Made by a program: the position numbers and the translations under genes | Notes under the pieces: generated by a model | Seen by the model: only the letters and a program-made list of their open reading frames with translations | Database searches by the model: none | Told to the model about the DNA's origin: nothing | NCBI GenBank assembly: GCA_964016885.1 | Contig: OZ024740.1 | Location: 383,036,001-383,100,000, forward strand | Direction: 5' to 3' | DNA: 64,000 nucleotides | Source: Eledone cirrhosa | Taxonomy: Eukaryota | In this document: in pieces, positions 1 through 11,799 of the stretch | Position numbering within the stretch: position 1 is the stretch's first letter | Layout: each line of letters opens with the position of its first letter

Positions 1-2838
1 GGGGAGCTACAAAAGGGAGATTAGAGTATCTTCGATAGAGTTCAGCAAAGAACTAGCGTTAGAGAAAAATAGAAAGGAGGGGCAGCTGGTAGATATGTTA
101 GACGAGGCTATTTGTAATGGCATTGCAACTGACGTGCTAGCGGCGAGAATTTCTTCAATGCGAAACACGAAGGCTGCATTGTCAGAGCTAAGGCGCGTGC
201 GCTGAGAAACGAGGGAACCAAAGCTGTTCGATGGGATCGCGTGGCAGTGGCGCAGCGTGGTAATAAAACCACAATTCGGTCTTTGGCGGACCTAGACGGA
301 CAGCAGATAAGCGATTCCAAGCGGATGTGTGTGGCCTTTCGCCAGCACTTTGCTCGGTTGTTCGGGGAGAGTGGCGAGTCAGAGACAGCAGCAGATTTCA
401 TACCCTACCTTGACGGCTTGCTGCGCATCTCGACGGTCGACGCTGAGCGCTGCGAAAGGCCGATTACTTCAGCCGAAGTTTAGGACGCCCTTGTCGGCTG
501 CATAAGGCGCAAGTCACCCGGTTTGGATGGCCTGCCCTATGAGCTTTACGTAACTATGCCAGACTTGTTCTCTGATCTCCTCGAAGCACTCTACTGCAAC
601 TGGCAGCAGAATGGGAGTATTCCCAGTTCTGTGAGCAGGGGAGTGGTGACGCTCATAAGGAAAGTCGAGAACAAGAGGGATACATTAGACAACTTCAGGA
701 CCATAACTCTGCTCAACACAGAGTTTAAGATTTTGGCCAAGGTTTAGCAAAGAGATTGGCGCTTGTCGTCGAGCATTTGGTTGGGAGGCGCAAACTTGTG
801 CAATCACAGGCAGGTCCATACACGACAATCTCCACGTAATACATCATGTGATACATCATAGAGAGTGTAGGGTGTATACCTAGCTTCGGTGGGACACTGA
901 TCAATTTAGATCAATTGAAAGCATTCGATAGAGTTGACCATCGGTATCTGGAGTTTGTCCTCAAAGCAGCTGGCTTCGGCCCTGTCTTCAGAAGCTGGAT
1001 CGCTGCAATGCATAGCGGCACACGCTCGGTGGTTAAGGTTAATGGCCACCTCTCGGAACCATTTGTGCTCTCCCGATCGGTCCGTCAAGTGTGCACTCTC
1101 TTTTCCCTTCTGTACGTATTGACTCTCGAGCCTTTACTGCGGAAGCTGGAGCTGTTGCAAGGCATCCCACTCGAACCGGGAAGTGGAAAGGCGGTGTCGG
1201 CTTATGCGGACGACATCACGATGACGACACCTCAGAAATCGAGGTGGTCGGCACCTTATTGAAGGAATATGAATGGTTGACAGGAGCCAAACTTAACCCG
1301 GAAAAGTCGGTGGGCTTGCAGCTCAGAACCTGGAGGGGCAAGCCTATGCCGTCAAACTGCGTCGTGGGACGCTGGACGGACGGACCGTAAAGTTGCTCGG
1401 GGCTTGGTTCGGACCAGACCTCCAGGTGGAAAATAATTGGGACGAGGTAAAAAGCAGAGTCGCCAGTCTCACCGCAAAATAGGCTGGGAATGAAGCTATC
1501 ACTGAAATGTCGCGCGGAGGTGGCGAATGCGTACATCGCGTCCGTCATCTACTACGGCCTTACGGTCGTGCCTTTCACCCGTCCGCGCCTCGTCATGTTG
1601 GAACGGCTCCTCTTCAAATTCTTGTGGAAAGGACAAGTTACGTTGGTGAGGCGACTCATCTGCTGCCAGTACCCTCTACGCGGAGGGCTGGCCATGTCTT
1701 GGCTAATGATGAAGGACATGCGCTGAGACTGCGACACCTCCATATATTCTGCCTAAACAGTAAACAGGTGTGGTCGCCGTTTATCAGACATGCCCTTCCG
1801 CAGCTCATTTCTTTGACTGAGCTGCAGTCCTGGGTCAAGAAGAGACTGAGACTGGGTGACTGGCTCTTGGAATGTTGCCAGGCACTCAGTGCACTCTACC
1901 AAGCGGGCAATGCGATCAGTGGAACTTCCACTCTCGAGTTCTCTAGAGGATTAGTGGTGGGCAAGTGCGATGACGCACTGGGAGAAGCTTTGGTCCTCGA
2001 CCAAGTCGAATGAACTGACCAGTCTTTACCGGCGGACTTTCGAGCCGGTGGCGATGGACAATTTCCAGAAATCCCTGGCTTGGCAGTGCTACCGGGGGGC
2101 ACTGCCGGTTCGGGATAAACTCTACAGGCACGGAAGTGATGTCAGGCGGACCTGCCCAAGATGCTCACAGAACGACGAAACCGTTCTGCACGCACTTGTC
2201 CAATGTCCGTGCATTACTGACTTGTGGAGTTATATCGAACAGATACTGTCTCGTCAGGAACGGATACCGCTATCGGCCGAGTCCATAGTGAAGATCGACA
2301 CGCTGTCTTCCTTAGGTCAGGAAGAGCTGGCAATTTTCCTCTGTCTGGTGGCCGTTGCGAAAGAGGTTATATGGTGGACCAGATTAAAAGGATTGAAGAC
2401 AGACACTTTTCTCTTCGGCCAATCCGTAATCAACTTCTTCAAGTTTCACCTGGAAAGGTAGGTGAGGGTTGAGAGAGAAGTGCTGCAAGTGCATTAGCTA
2501 AAAGGTGGATGAATGTGGCGAGAATGGCCCGTGTGAATGGGCCTACTCTCTGACCATGCGCCTATAGGCTAGGTAACTTGAGGAGAGGGGTGCTCTCACT
2601 GGGTGCCCTAGAAGCGCAGGGTGTTTCAGGATTGGTGGGGTACCTGAGTCACCACTGGGTCATCCAGCCACTAGAGGGGAATTTATTTTATTATATAGTT
2701 TATTTTATATTTTTATATCATCATTGTTAAATTAGTCTTTCCATCGTGCGCTTTTACTCGACCTTTTTGTAAACCCCCACTGTCACTGTCTTTGTATTGT
2801 CCCCTACATGTCGGCCCTTGTGGCTAATAAAGGAAATC
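1..2838 (+). mobile_element. Tx1/L1-clade non-LTR retrotransposon, degenerate ORF2 (RT plus C-terminal zinc knuckle) and 3' UTR; 5' part lies outside the window
   Basis: Broken ORFs carry KSPGLDGLPYELY, NFRTITLLNTEFKILAKV, KAFDRVDH, SVRQ..LLYVL, SAYADD and CPRCSQNDETVLHALVQC. Many stops and frameshifts. Ends in AATAAAGGAAATC then (ATT)n. Confidence 0.92.
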
Positions 2839-2865
2839 ATTATTATTATTATTATTGTTGTTATT

Positions 2866-3918
2866 CCTTGAATCTCAGTCATTGATGTTGGTTAACTGGA
2901 AAGTCCGTTGGATTGAATATCAAGCCACTACCTGCAGCCTCAGATATTCAGGACGTATCGGAGGGTTCTTGCTGTTCCAAGCAAGCATGCCGTTTGAAGC
3001 GTTCCAAAAAGCGTGAAGGGGCCGATTTTCTTTAACCATCCCTGGAAACTTTTGGAGATAGTCCCCAGTGCGCCTATGACAATCGGGATCACTTTGACTT
3101 CATGGCAGTTCCAAATCCTTTTCACCTCCCACTTTAGGTCCTGGTATTGGTTAATTTTTTTCCTCTCCTTCTCTTGCACTCTCGTGTCGAACGGGCAGGC
3201 CACATCCACAATCAGACACGATCTTTTTTCTTTGTCCACAACCACCAGGTCAGGTCTATTGTGTTCCAGTTTTTTGTCCGTCTGTATCCTAAAATCCCAC
3301 AGCACCTTCACCTGATTGTTCTCCATCACCGCCTCTGGCCTATGCTCATACCATTTCTCAGAATGTGGTAAATTGTTTACTTTGCACAGGTGCCAGTGGA
3401 TCACCCTGCCCATCACATCGTGTCTCCAGCCCTTATAGTGGGTCTGGGCTAGGTGTTTACACTCGGACACAATGTGAGCCACAGTCTCCTCTCTCTCTCC
3501 ACAGATCCTGCACAGTGGGCTAGCCTCCTCCTTGTAGATATGGTGCTTCAACCACTTCGTTTTGAGGGCCTGCTCCTGCGCAGCCATTAGCATTCCTTCT
3601 GTAGCCTTTTTGAGGTCTCCTCTTCTCAACCAGTTCCATGTCTGTGGATCTCTAAATTCAGTTTTCTCAAAGAAGGTACTATGAAGGGATTTTCCCTTAA
3701 GGCTGCTCTTCCTCCTTGATGTTATTTCCTCCTTGGACATCCCCTGGCCTACTGTCCCCTCCTTCAGTACAGTTCTGAGCATTGGCTCCTTACTATAGGT
3801 CACGTATTTGTATAGGTTGTTTTTCTCCATCTGAACACAGTCCTCTATGCTGATAAGACCTCTTCCACCCTCAGATCTCATTAGGTAGAGTCTATCGACA
3901 TCACTCCTCTTGTGGAAC
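2866..3918 (-). mobile_element. R4/Dong-clade (REL endonuclease) non-LTR retrotransposon, 5'-truncated copy 1
   Basis: ORF 2940-3881 has CRICGEREETVAHIVSEC, RHD, RPDLVV and IVDVACP. Nearly identical to 4231-5283. 3' tail AATAACAAC(AAT)n. Confidence 0.93.
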
Positions 3919-4230
3919 TGTGTATTTTTTCTCGTGACACCTACACGACCTCATTTGTTTCGGCCTGGATGTTGTGGTACCAACATAACTTTACATTGAA
4001 AGGGGTGGTGTGGAGGGGGGGGGGTATTTTTTGTTAGAGGTGCCTACTGACTGTAGGTTTCGCTTTGTACTTAGGCAAGGCGGTGGATGAAAATTAACAG
4101 ATGTTAACATTGTGATACACATGAATTCAAATTCAGTGGATGATAGCACTAACAATAACTAAATTAATTAATTAACCATTTAACATTTAAACCGGCACAT
4201 AATATTATTATTATTATTATTGTTGTTATT

Positions 4231-7200
4231 CCTTGAATCTCAGTCATTGATGTTGGTTAACTGGAAAGTCCGTTGGATTGAATATCAAGCCACTACCTGC
4301 AGCCTCAGATATTCAGGACGTATCGGAGGGTTCTTGCTGTTCCAAGCAAGCATGCCTTTTGAAGCGTTCCAAAAAGCGTGAAGGGGCCGATTTTCTTTAA
4401 CCATCCCTGGAAACCTTTGGAGATAGTCCCCAGTGCGCCTATGACAATCGGGATCACTTTGACTTCATGGCAGTTCCAAATCCTTTTCACCTCCCACTTT
4501 AGGTCCTGGTATCGGTTAATTTTCTCCCTCTCCTTCTCTTGCACTCTCGTGTCGAACGGGCAGGCCACATCCACAATCAGGCACGATCTTTTTTCTTTGT
4601 CCACAACCACCAGGTCAGGTCTATTGTGTTCCAGTTTTTTGTCCGTCTGTATCCTAAAATCCCACAGCACCTTCACCTGACTGTTCTCCATCACCGCCTC
4701 TGGCCTATGCTCATACCATTTCTCAGAATGTGGTAGATTGTTTACTTTGCACAGGTGCCAGTGGATCACCCTGCCCATGACATCGTGTCTCCAGCCCTTA
4801 TAGTGGGTCTGGGCTAGGTGTTTACACTCGGACACAATGTGAGCCACAGTCTCCTCTCTCTCTCCACAGATCCTGCACAGTGGGCTAGCCTCCTCCTTGT
4901 AGATATGGTGCTTCAACCACTTCGTTTTGAGGGCCTGCTCCTGCGCAGCCATTAGCATTCCTTCTGTAGCCTTTTTGAGGTCTCCTCTTCTCAACCAGTT
5001 CCATGTCTGTGGATCTCTAAATTCAGTTTTCTCAAAGAAGGTACTATGAAGGGATTTTCCCTTAAGGCTGCTCTTCCTCCTTGATGTTATTTCCTCCTTG
5101 GACATCCCCTGGCCTACTGTCCCCTCCTTCAGTACAGCTCTGAGCATTGGCTCCTTACTATAGGTCACGTATTTGTATAGGTTGTTTTTCTCCATCTGAA
5201 CACAGTCCTCTATGCTGATAAGACCTCTTCCACCCTCAGATCTCCTTAGGTAGAGTCTATCGACATCACTCCTCTTGTGGAACATGTTGTAGATAGTCAA
5301 TAGCTTCCTAGTCTTCCTATCCATTTCTTTTTGTTCAGCAACATTCCATCTCAGAATTCCCGCACTGTACCTAATAATAGACACAGCTCGGGAATTTACT
5401 GCGCTTATGGCATTTCTGCTGTTCAGATGTGACTTCAATACGCTCCTTACTCTCCGAATGTATTCAGTTCTTAACAATTCCTTCATTTTTTTGTTCTTTA
5501 TGCCATCAGCCTCCAGAACGCCCAAATACTTGTATCCTTCCTCAGAGTCAATTTCCTCTATCATCTCACCTGTTGGTATCTGGATCCCGTTACTTCTGCT
5601 CAACCTACCCCTCTTCATCACAATGACTCCACATTTACCAATACCAAACTGCATACATATATCACTGCTGAAAATACGGACAGTGTCAACAAGCACATCC
5701 AACTCCTTCTCACTTTTCCCGAAGAGCTAAAGATCGTCCATGAAGAGGAGGTGATTGATGGTAAGCTCTCCCCTTCCCAACTTGTATCCTGCTCTCACTT
5801 TTCGCAGCATAATGGTCAAGGGCATCAGGGCAAGGACGAACAACAGAGGGGACAGGCTATCTCCCTGGAAGATACCTCTCTTGATCTTCACGCTTCCCAA
5901 GGATACTCCAGTTGATGTCAACTCTGTCTCCCAGGACCCCATACTCCTGCCCAGCAACTGTCTGATGTTATCTGCCACCCTGAAGACCTCCAGGCTTTTG
6001 GTGATCCAGGAATGAGGCACCATGTCAAATGCCTTTCTGTAGTCTATCCATCCCATGGCAAGATCAGTGTGTCTCCTCCTGCAATTCCCCATTACCATCT
6101 TATCAATAAGCAACTGGTCCTTTGTACCACGTGACTTCTTTCGGCATCCTTTCTGTTCGTCCGGTAACAAGTTGTTTGTGTGGAGGTGATGGTAGATTTC
6201 CTCAGACACAATGCTCGTCAACAGTTTCCACATTACGGGCAGACATGTGATAGGTCTATAGTTGGTAACATCATTACCCTTGATTCGGTCTTTCATTATC
6301 AGAACTGTGGTACCTTTTGTCAACCACTCTGGCACCTCACCCGACACCAAGCAGTCATTGAACATGGCCGTCAGCTTCGGGTGGAGGGATGTTAAATGTT
6401 TAATCCAATACCCCTGCACACCATCTGGGCCTGGTGATTTCCAGTTGGTTAGTTTTTTGGCTTGCCCCTTAAGAGTTTCAACTGTGATACTCAAATCAGT
6501 CTGTTGTTGTGCCTTCTCACCGATCTCCCTCTGTACTGTCTCAATCCACCCTGCCTGGGCATTGTGTCTAACATCCTGCTCCCATATTCCTCTCCAGAAT
6601 GTTTTAGCTTGTTCCGCCCCCGGGATCAAGTCGTTGCCTCTTTCTTTCCCCTCAAGCTGTCCAAACAGCATCTTCTGGTTGTTGTCGAACATGCGGTTCT
6701 GTTTATACTGACTGACTCTGTTCTCGTATCGCCTGATTTTGGCACTCTTTGCTACAATGCGTTGCTTCAATTCCTCTATGATAATATTTAGCTTTTTACT
6801 CCTAGTTTTGTATTTTATTTCCAGTCTATTTTTAGTGCCTATGTTTTTTAGTGTCCCATACAGTAGTGACTCAAGCTTTCCTATGTCATTTCTCATTTCC
6901 CCGATTTGCCCACTCAGTCGCTTCTTCCACCACGGCTCTGCTCTTTCTTGTCTGTTGTTTCCTCTCGCTTTTATACCAAGTAGTTTCCTCACCGTATTTG
7001 CTGTTGCTTTGAGGATATTGTTGCACTGGTGAAGACTCCTCGCCTCAAGGTATGGGATGACTTTGTTTACCTTAGCTGTTGTTTCTTTTAACTTTTTCCT
7101 GTCTACAAATCTTAGGTTCATAGGTCTCCCACTATCATTGTTCAATTCATCTACCACTAGATTTAGGATGTCAACCGAATCTTGTCCTAGCCCGTCAGCA

Positions 7201-7713
7201 TTCATCTCCTCAGTGGCCGTATCTCTGTTGCAGGTATTATTTATCTCAGTATTCAGATCATTGTCTGCTTCGGGTGGTTCCTCCGTTCTCAGGACCTCCT
7301 CACCTTCATTTCCCACCGGCTCGCTTGTCTGACATACTACACCCGTCATCTCCAAGCCATTCTCTCTGCTCAGTTTCTCCAGTTCCAGCTCGCTTATCCA
7401 CCCATTAGTTCTTATTACCCGAGCCTGCCCGGCCAATTTTTGTTCATCTAATTTAAATAAACCAATCTCGTTCCAGATGTTATGCATCCGTCTCCTGTAG
7501 CCCCTCTCCTTGGGGTTACTTTTCAGGTAGCATTGCATAACAGTTCTATTCAATTCTTTCGTCCAGTTGGTTCTGGCCCCTTTCCTTCTTCTTCTTCCTC
7601 CAACATCAGCAGTATTTGGTTGACAGTCAGGTTCCTGCTGCTGAGCCAGGGGGCAGCTGTTGGGTGAGAGTCTGTCACATGACGTTCTAGTCTCCATTTC
7701 ACCGTTATTCGAA
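4231..7713 (-). mobile_element. R4/Dong-clade retrotransposon, near-full-length copy 2, inserted in an (ATT/TAA)n tract
   Basis: RT, CCHC and REL domains. (ATT)n on both sides (4203-4230 and 7737-7772), matching the known TAA-repeat specificity of Dong. Confidence 0.95.
4305..7697 (-). pseudogene. R4/Dong single ORF (~1130 codons; RT, zinc knuckle, REL endonuclease) interrupted by one TAG
   Basis: ORFs 5727-7697 and 4305-5702 are in the same frame. The stop follows HLLFMDDL, where copy 3 has AAG (DDLKLF). Motifs NYRPITCL, DYRKAFDMVPHSW, GIFQGDSLSPLLF. Confidence 0.93.
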
Positions 7714-7735
7714 CTGTTTATGTTCGATATTTAAA

Positions 7736-7772
<37 letters not shown>

Positions 7773-8569
7773 GATATTATTTTACTGATGAATATAAATG
7801 AATGTGGCAGTAACATTCATAGTGAAAAATAGCCTGGTGAGGATTTTAAATACGAAATACACACAATTCAAAGGAATAACTCCGAACGGTTATAGCTTAT
7901 CTGTGTAAGCAACAACAGTGTCGTCAGATTGGTGAAAGTGGAAACATCTTCCAATGTAACTCTAACTAAAAATATTCTATGAATGTATTTCCTCAGCGCT
8001 TCGTAATTTCGATAGTTTCAGCTTCGCACAACATCTTTGTTTACATTTTCCAAAACCGTTTCATTCAACTCTTTAAATTAGACAGTAAGGTGTAAAAAAT
8101 CACTCATCTCAATGGGTAGACACCTAGCCGGTATCAGTGAGATGCTACGTAGCTGCCGACGGCAAAATCTTTTGGCAACAAATTTTCCGGAATTGTATAA
8201 GCTCTTTTATAGCAACTGACTGTAGTTGCATTTATTTTCCGCGCTTATATACCCTACAGTATACCCTACAGCTTCTGTAAATGTATTTCCTGAACGGTTC
8301 GTAAGTTAGATGTCATAACATGGAGTAATATTAGGCGACTTCAGAATAAATATTTCAAATTAAGAACCTTGAGAGACGTTGTCTTTGGAGCAAATTATGA
8401 GCATCTCTGCTTTTACATTGATTTTGCTTAATATGAGAGAATCGTCCAAACATAAGTGCCAATAGCGTTAACTTTTTATGCTTAACTGATTTTTTCATTA
8501 ATATCTCTCTACATTTGCCTCTTCTTCCCTAACAACTTATTGAAGCAAAAACATTTCCCTTCCTTCTCC

Positions 8570-8627
8570 TCCTCCTGCCCTCCTCCTCCTCCTACTACTA
8601 CTATTGTTGCTGCTGCTGCTGCTGTTG

Positions 8628-8700
<73 letters not shown>
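8570..8700. repeat. Compound (CCT)n-(GCT)n-(CTA)n microsatellite
   Basis: Read directly. Confidence 0.95.
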
Positions 8701-8703
<3 letters not shown>

Positions 8704-9427
8704 AAGGTATAGTATATATGTGAAGAAATATTTTAGTATTTCAATGTTTTGTTTATTTTTTCATGTGCATTTTAAAATATTCGTTATACATGATGATAGT
8801 AGTAGCAGAATTGCGATTAATCGTGTGATTTAGAGGTTTGCTTTGCTATCAGTTGATTCCAAATTTGATCTCATGCATAACATCCTCTGGGAGTTGTATT
8901 TTACAAATCTTGTGAATGAAAATGTGTATACTAAAAGTATGCTCATATCGTAGATTCCATCATTCAATATCTACTATATTTTAGCCGAGCGTAATGCTAA
9001 ATTTCCACGAGTTAAATAACTACGACGTTTAATGTAAAAAGGTTTCAAAGCACTTATCTTAAGGAACACATATTGTTTTTACTGATTAAATATTTACAAT
9101 GAAATCAATTTGAACAATCCTTCAGTAATATTGAATCTTTAAGATGAACACTATTATGTGATGTGCAATATTACGTGAATCTGCATATGAAACAAATGTT
9201 ACCTCACAAATCTCCGAAACTATCTCATCTATTTATTTATTTATGCTTTATCTAAGTCATTACATTTTCCAAAGAATCATTTTACGTTATTTATCTTGTA
9301 CAGTACTATTTAAATGAACCTGCTTTGGATAACTGTGTGTATATATATAAATATATGTATATGAATAGTTCTTGTGTGAAGCTACCCTGCCTTATGGAAA
9401 CACACACATACATGCACACATAAGGAC

Positions 9428-9428
<1 letters not shown>

Positions 9429-9522
<94 letters not shown>
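9429..9522. repeat. (TA)n microsatellite
   Basis: Read directly; one of many such tracts. Confidence 0.97.
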
Positions 9523-9526
<4 letters not shown>

Positions 9527-10829
9527 AGGAAACATGTTGTTGTTCGCGTGTAAATATCAAATAAATTGAAACATAGGTAAGTACATATTTACCCACCTGA
9601 CAACAAAGGCACGCGTCAATATGTATTCATATGCGTATTATTGAGTTACTATTCTATAATGTACAAACAATTTAACTTAATAAACTTCAACTATCAAATA
9701 AGTTACTATATTCTTAATGCCATATATTTACTTTCCAGCACTAGTTTCAAAGTTAAATATTGGCATGATAAATTTTGATTCAAAATAGAATTCTAATTCT
9801 AATTATGTGACGGCGTTCAACCAATTATACGGTATGATAAACCGAAGCTTTCAATTTCCTAATATATTTCTGAGAAAATTCTTTACTGTTATGTTAACGA
9901 TATCGATATTATTTTGGTCCCTATTCATAACTATTGTTCAAATACTATCCTTTCTATGTGTGTGCATAATTGGGTGAGAATAGATAAAGGAAGTGTAATG
10001 TTTTTATATAGCGATATTTCATTTCTTTTTTAATAAGTCCACTGTCAATTTATAATAGAATAATAAACAAAACTTAGCAATAGATGTGATGGAAATAAAA
10101 ATGAAACTAAGGGAAAATCTTGCGTATAGAAGGACAATAGATGAATGCAATAGAAAATCTTATAATATAAAAAAAAATAACTGAACCACAATATTCAATA
10201 AGTACATAGAAATAAATAATCAACGTTTCTTTTATTATTTTACTCAAGAAGTTTCAAAGAATACCTTTCAGCAAGATTTCGTTATACGATAAATCTGCTT
10301 TTATATTTGGAAGTTATTATTTATAAGTTTAACCATAAAAAATGAATAAAAACACGTTGGATCAAACAGAAGCGATGCGTTAACTTTATCAACAGTTTTC
10401 TTTATGAATATTCTGTCGGTGACAAGCACTTAGGCAACTTTAAATTGGTTTATTTTACTTTAGACTTCACAACAGTTCATTTACATTACCACATACTAAG
10501 ATATACACATGTGAGTGTGTCTAAGTATGGACGTTCATGCAACTCCATTTCGCACTCATGTGATAGCCGATCCGATTCTACTTAGTGACGAGACTTGATG
10601 TATTTTACGATAGCTACAGCAGGGCCCAAATTATTTCAATACAATTTGGGGAGAAAAAAAGAAACCGTGAAAAATACCAACGTTACGTTAAGGATATATT
10701 TCGATCGAATTGTCATCCGATTAAACGGTAATTCACTGAGTAGGTAGCAATTATTGTTAAAATTGGGACCCATTTATTTATTCATTTATATATACATACA
10801 TGATTTACATATTCATTGCTTCATTAAAA

Positions 10830-11050
10830 ACCAAGGCATTGCCTTCTCCAGAAATCCTGTGTAATATGCTCTTATATTGGATGGGGTTACCCTGAAGTAG
10901 GTGGAGATGTTCAAGTATCTCTGAGCCATTTTCTTGAGTGATGGAGGTCAAGAGGTTGAATTAAAGGCAATAATTGCTGGTAGTGCTGGAATATTGTGAC
11001 AGCCTTGGCACTCGATCATCAGAGGAAAGTTGTTAGGTGTAGTGGCCAAA
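10830..11050 (+). mobile_element. RTE-clade LINE relic
   Basis: GTGGAGATGTTCAAGTATCT...GAGTGATGGAGG resembles the VExFKYLG..FTSDGR segment at 24610-24670. Confidence 0.55.
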
Positions 11051-11299
11051 CTTGATATTTATTTCGACGTTCATGCATAACCATAATTATGGTTATGCAT
11101 TTTAGGTAGTGACAGAAAAACAACAATTGCGAAAACAAGTTGTCGAAATGGTTCTCTCCGAAGGTTTCTGGCGTAAATTTACTCGATAGGGTGCGTAGCT
11201 CAAAGACCGCGGAATTGCTCCTGGTAAAACGACTACTTCTCCAAATAAAAAAAATCGCAGCTTCAATACTACAGACATTCTCAGCAATAATTATAATAA

Positions 11300-11395
11300 A
11301 TGTTTTACTTTAGGCACAAGGTCAGCAATTTGAAGGGTGGGGCAATTAAATCGACCCTAAAACGTTACTGGTGCTTTATTTTATCAACCATGTAA
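11300..11395 (-). mobile_element. SINE 3' fragment (same family as 51747-51934)
   Basis: TTTAGGCACAAGGTCAGCAATT and TCGACCC...TACTGGTGCTTTATTTTATC. Confidence 0.65.
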
Positions 11396-11799
11396 ATGTG
11401 TGTACTAAATACTTGGTCAATATCTGGCAAATTATCTCAAAGAAAAGAAAAGAACAAAATAACATTAAACTGAATTTAAAGATAATGGAAGTGTTTATTT
11501 TTTTACAAAAAATAAAAAGAAACATAAAAAACGTTTTCTCTAGAAATAGTAACATTTAATAGGTAGACATAGGATCCTTCTTTGAAAGAGATTACAGTAT
11601 TTTTTAATTTGTTTTCAATTAATAAAAGTTTTTCCCGAAGAAGAATCAATGTATACATATATATTTGCATGCATCCAGCCATCCATCCAACCATATAACC
11701 ATCCATCCAGACAGCCAGTCAGCTAGCTAGCCGTCCATCTATTTATACATACATATATGATTGTAAAGCGAAGAAAAACTACAAGCCAAAGATCCAAAT

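Noticed and set aside
3013-7667. Many + strand ORFs overlapping the Dong copies
   Set aside because: Antisense shadows of the retrotransposon ORF
8540-8833. Poly-Thr, poly-(YI), poly-(HT), poly-Leu and poly-Ser ORFs here and elsewhere (9306, 29056, 39629, 50132, 57931)
   Set aside because: Translations of microsatellites with no domain or splice support
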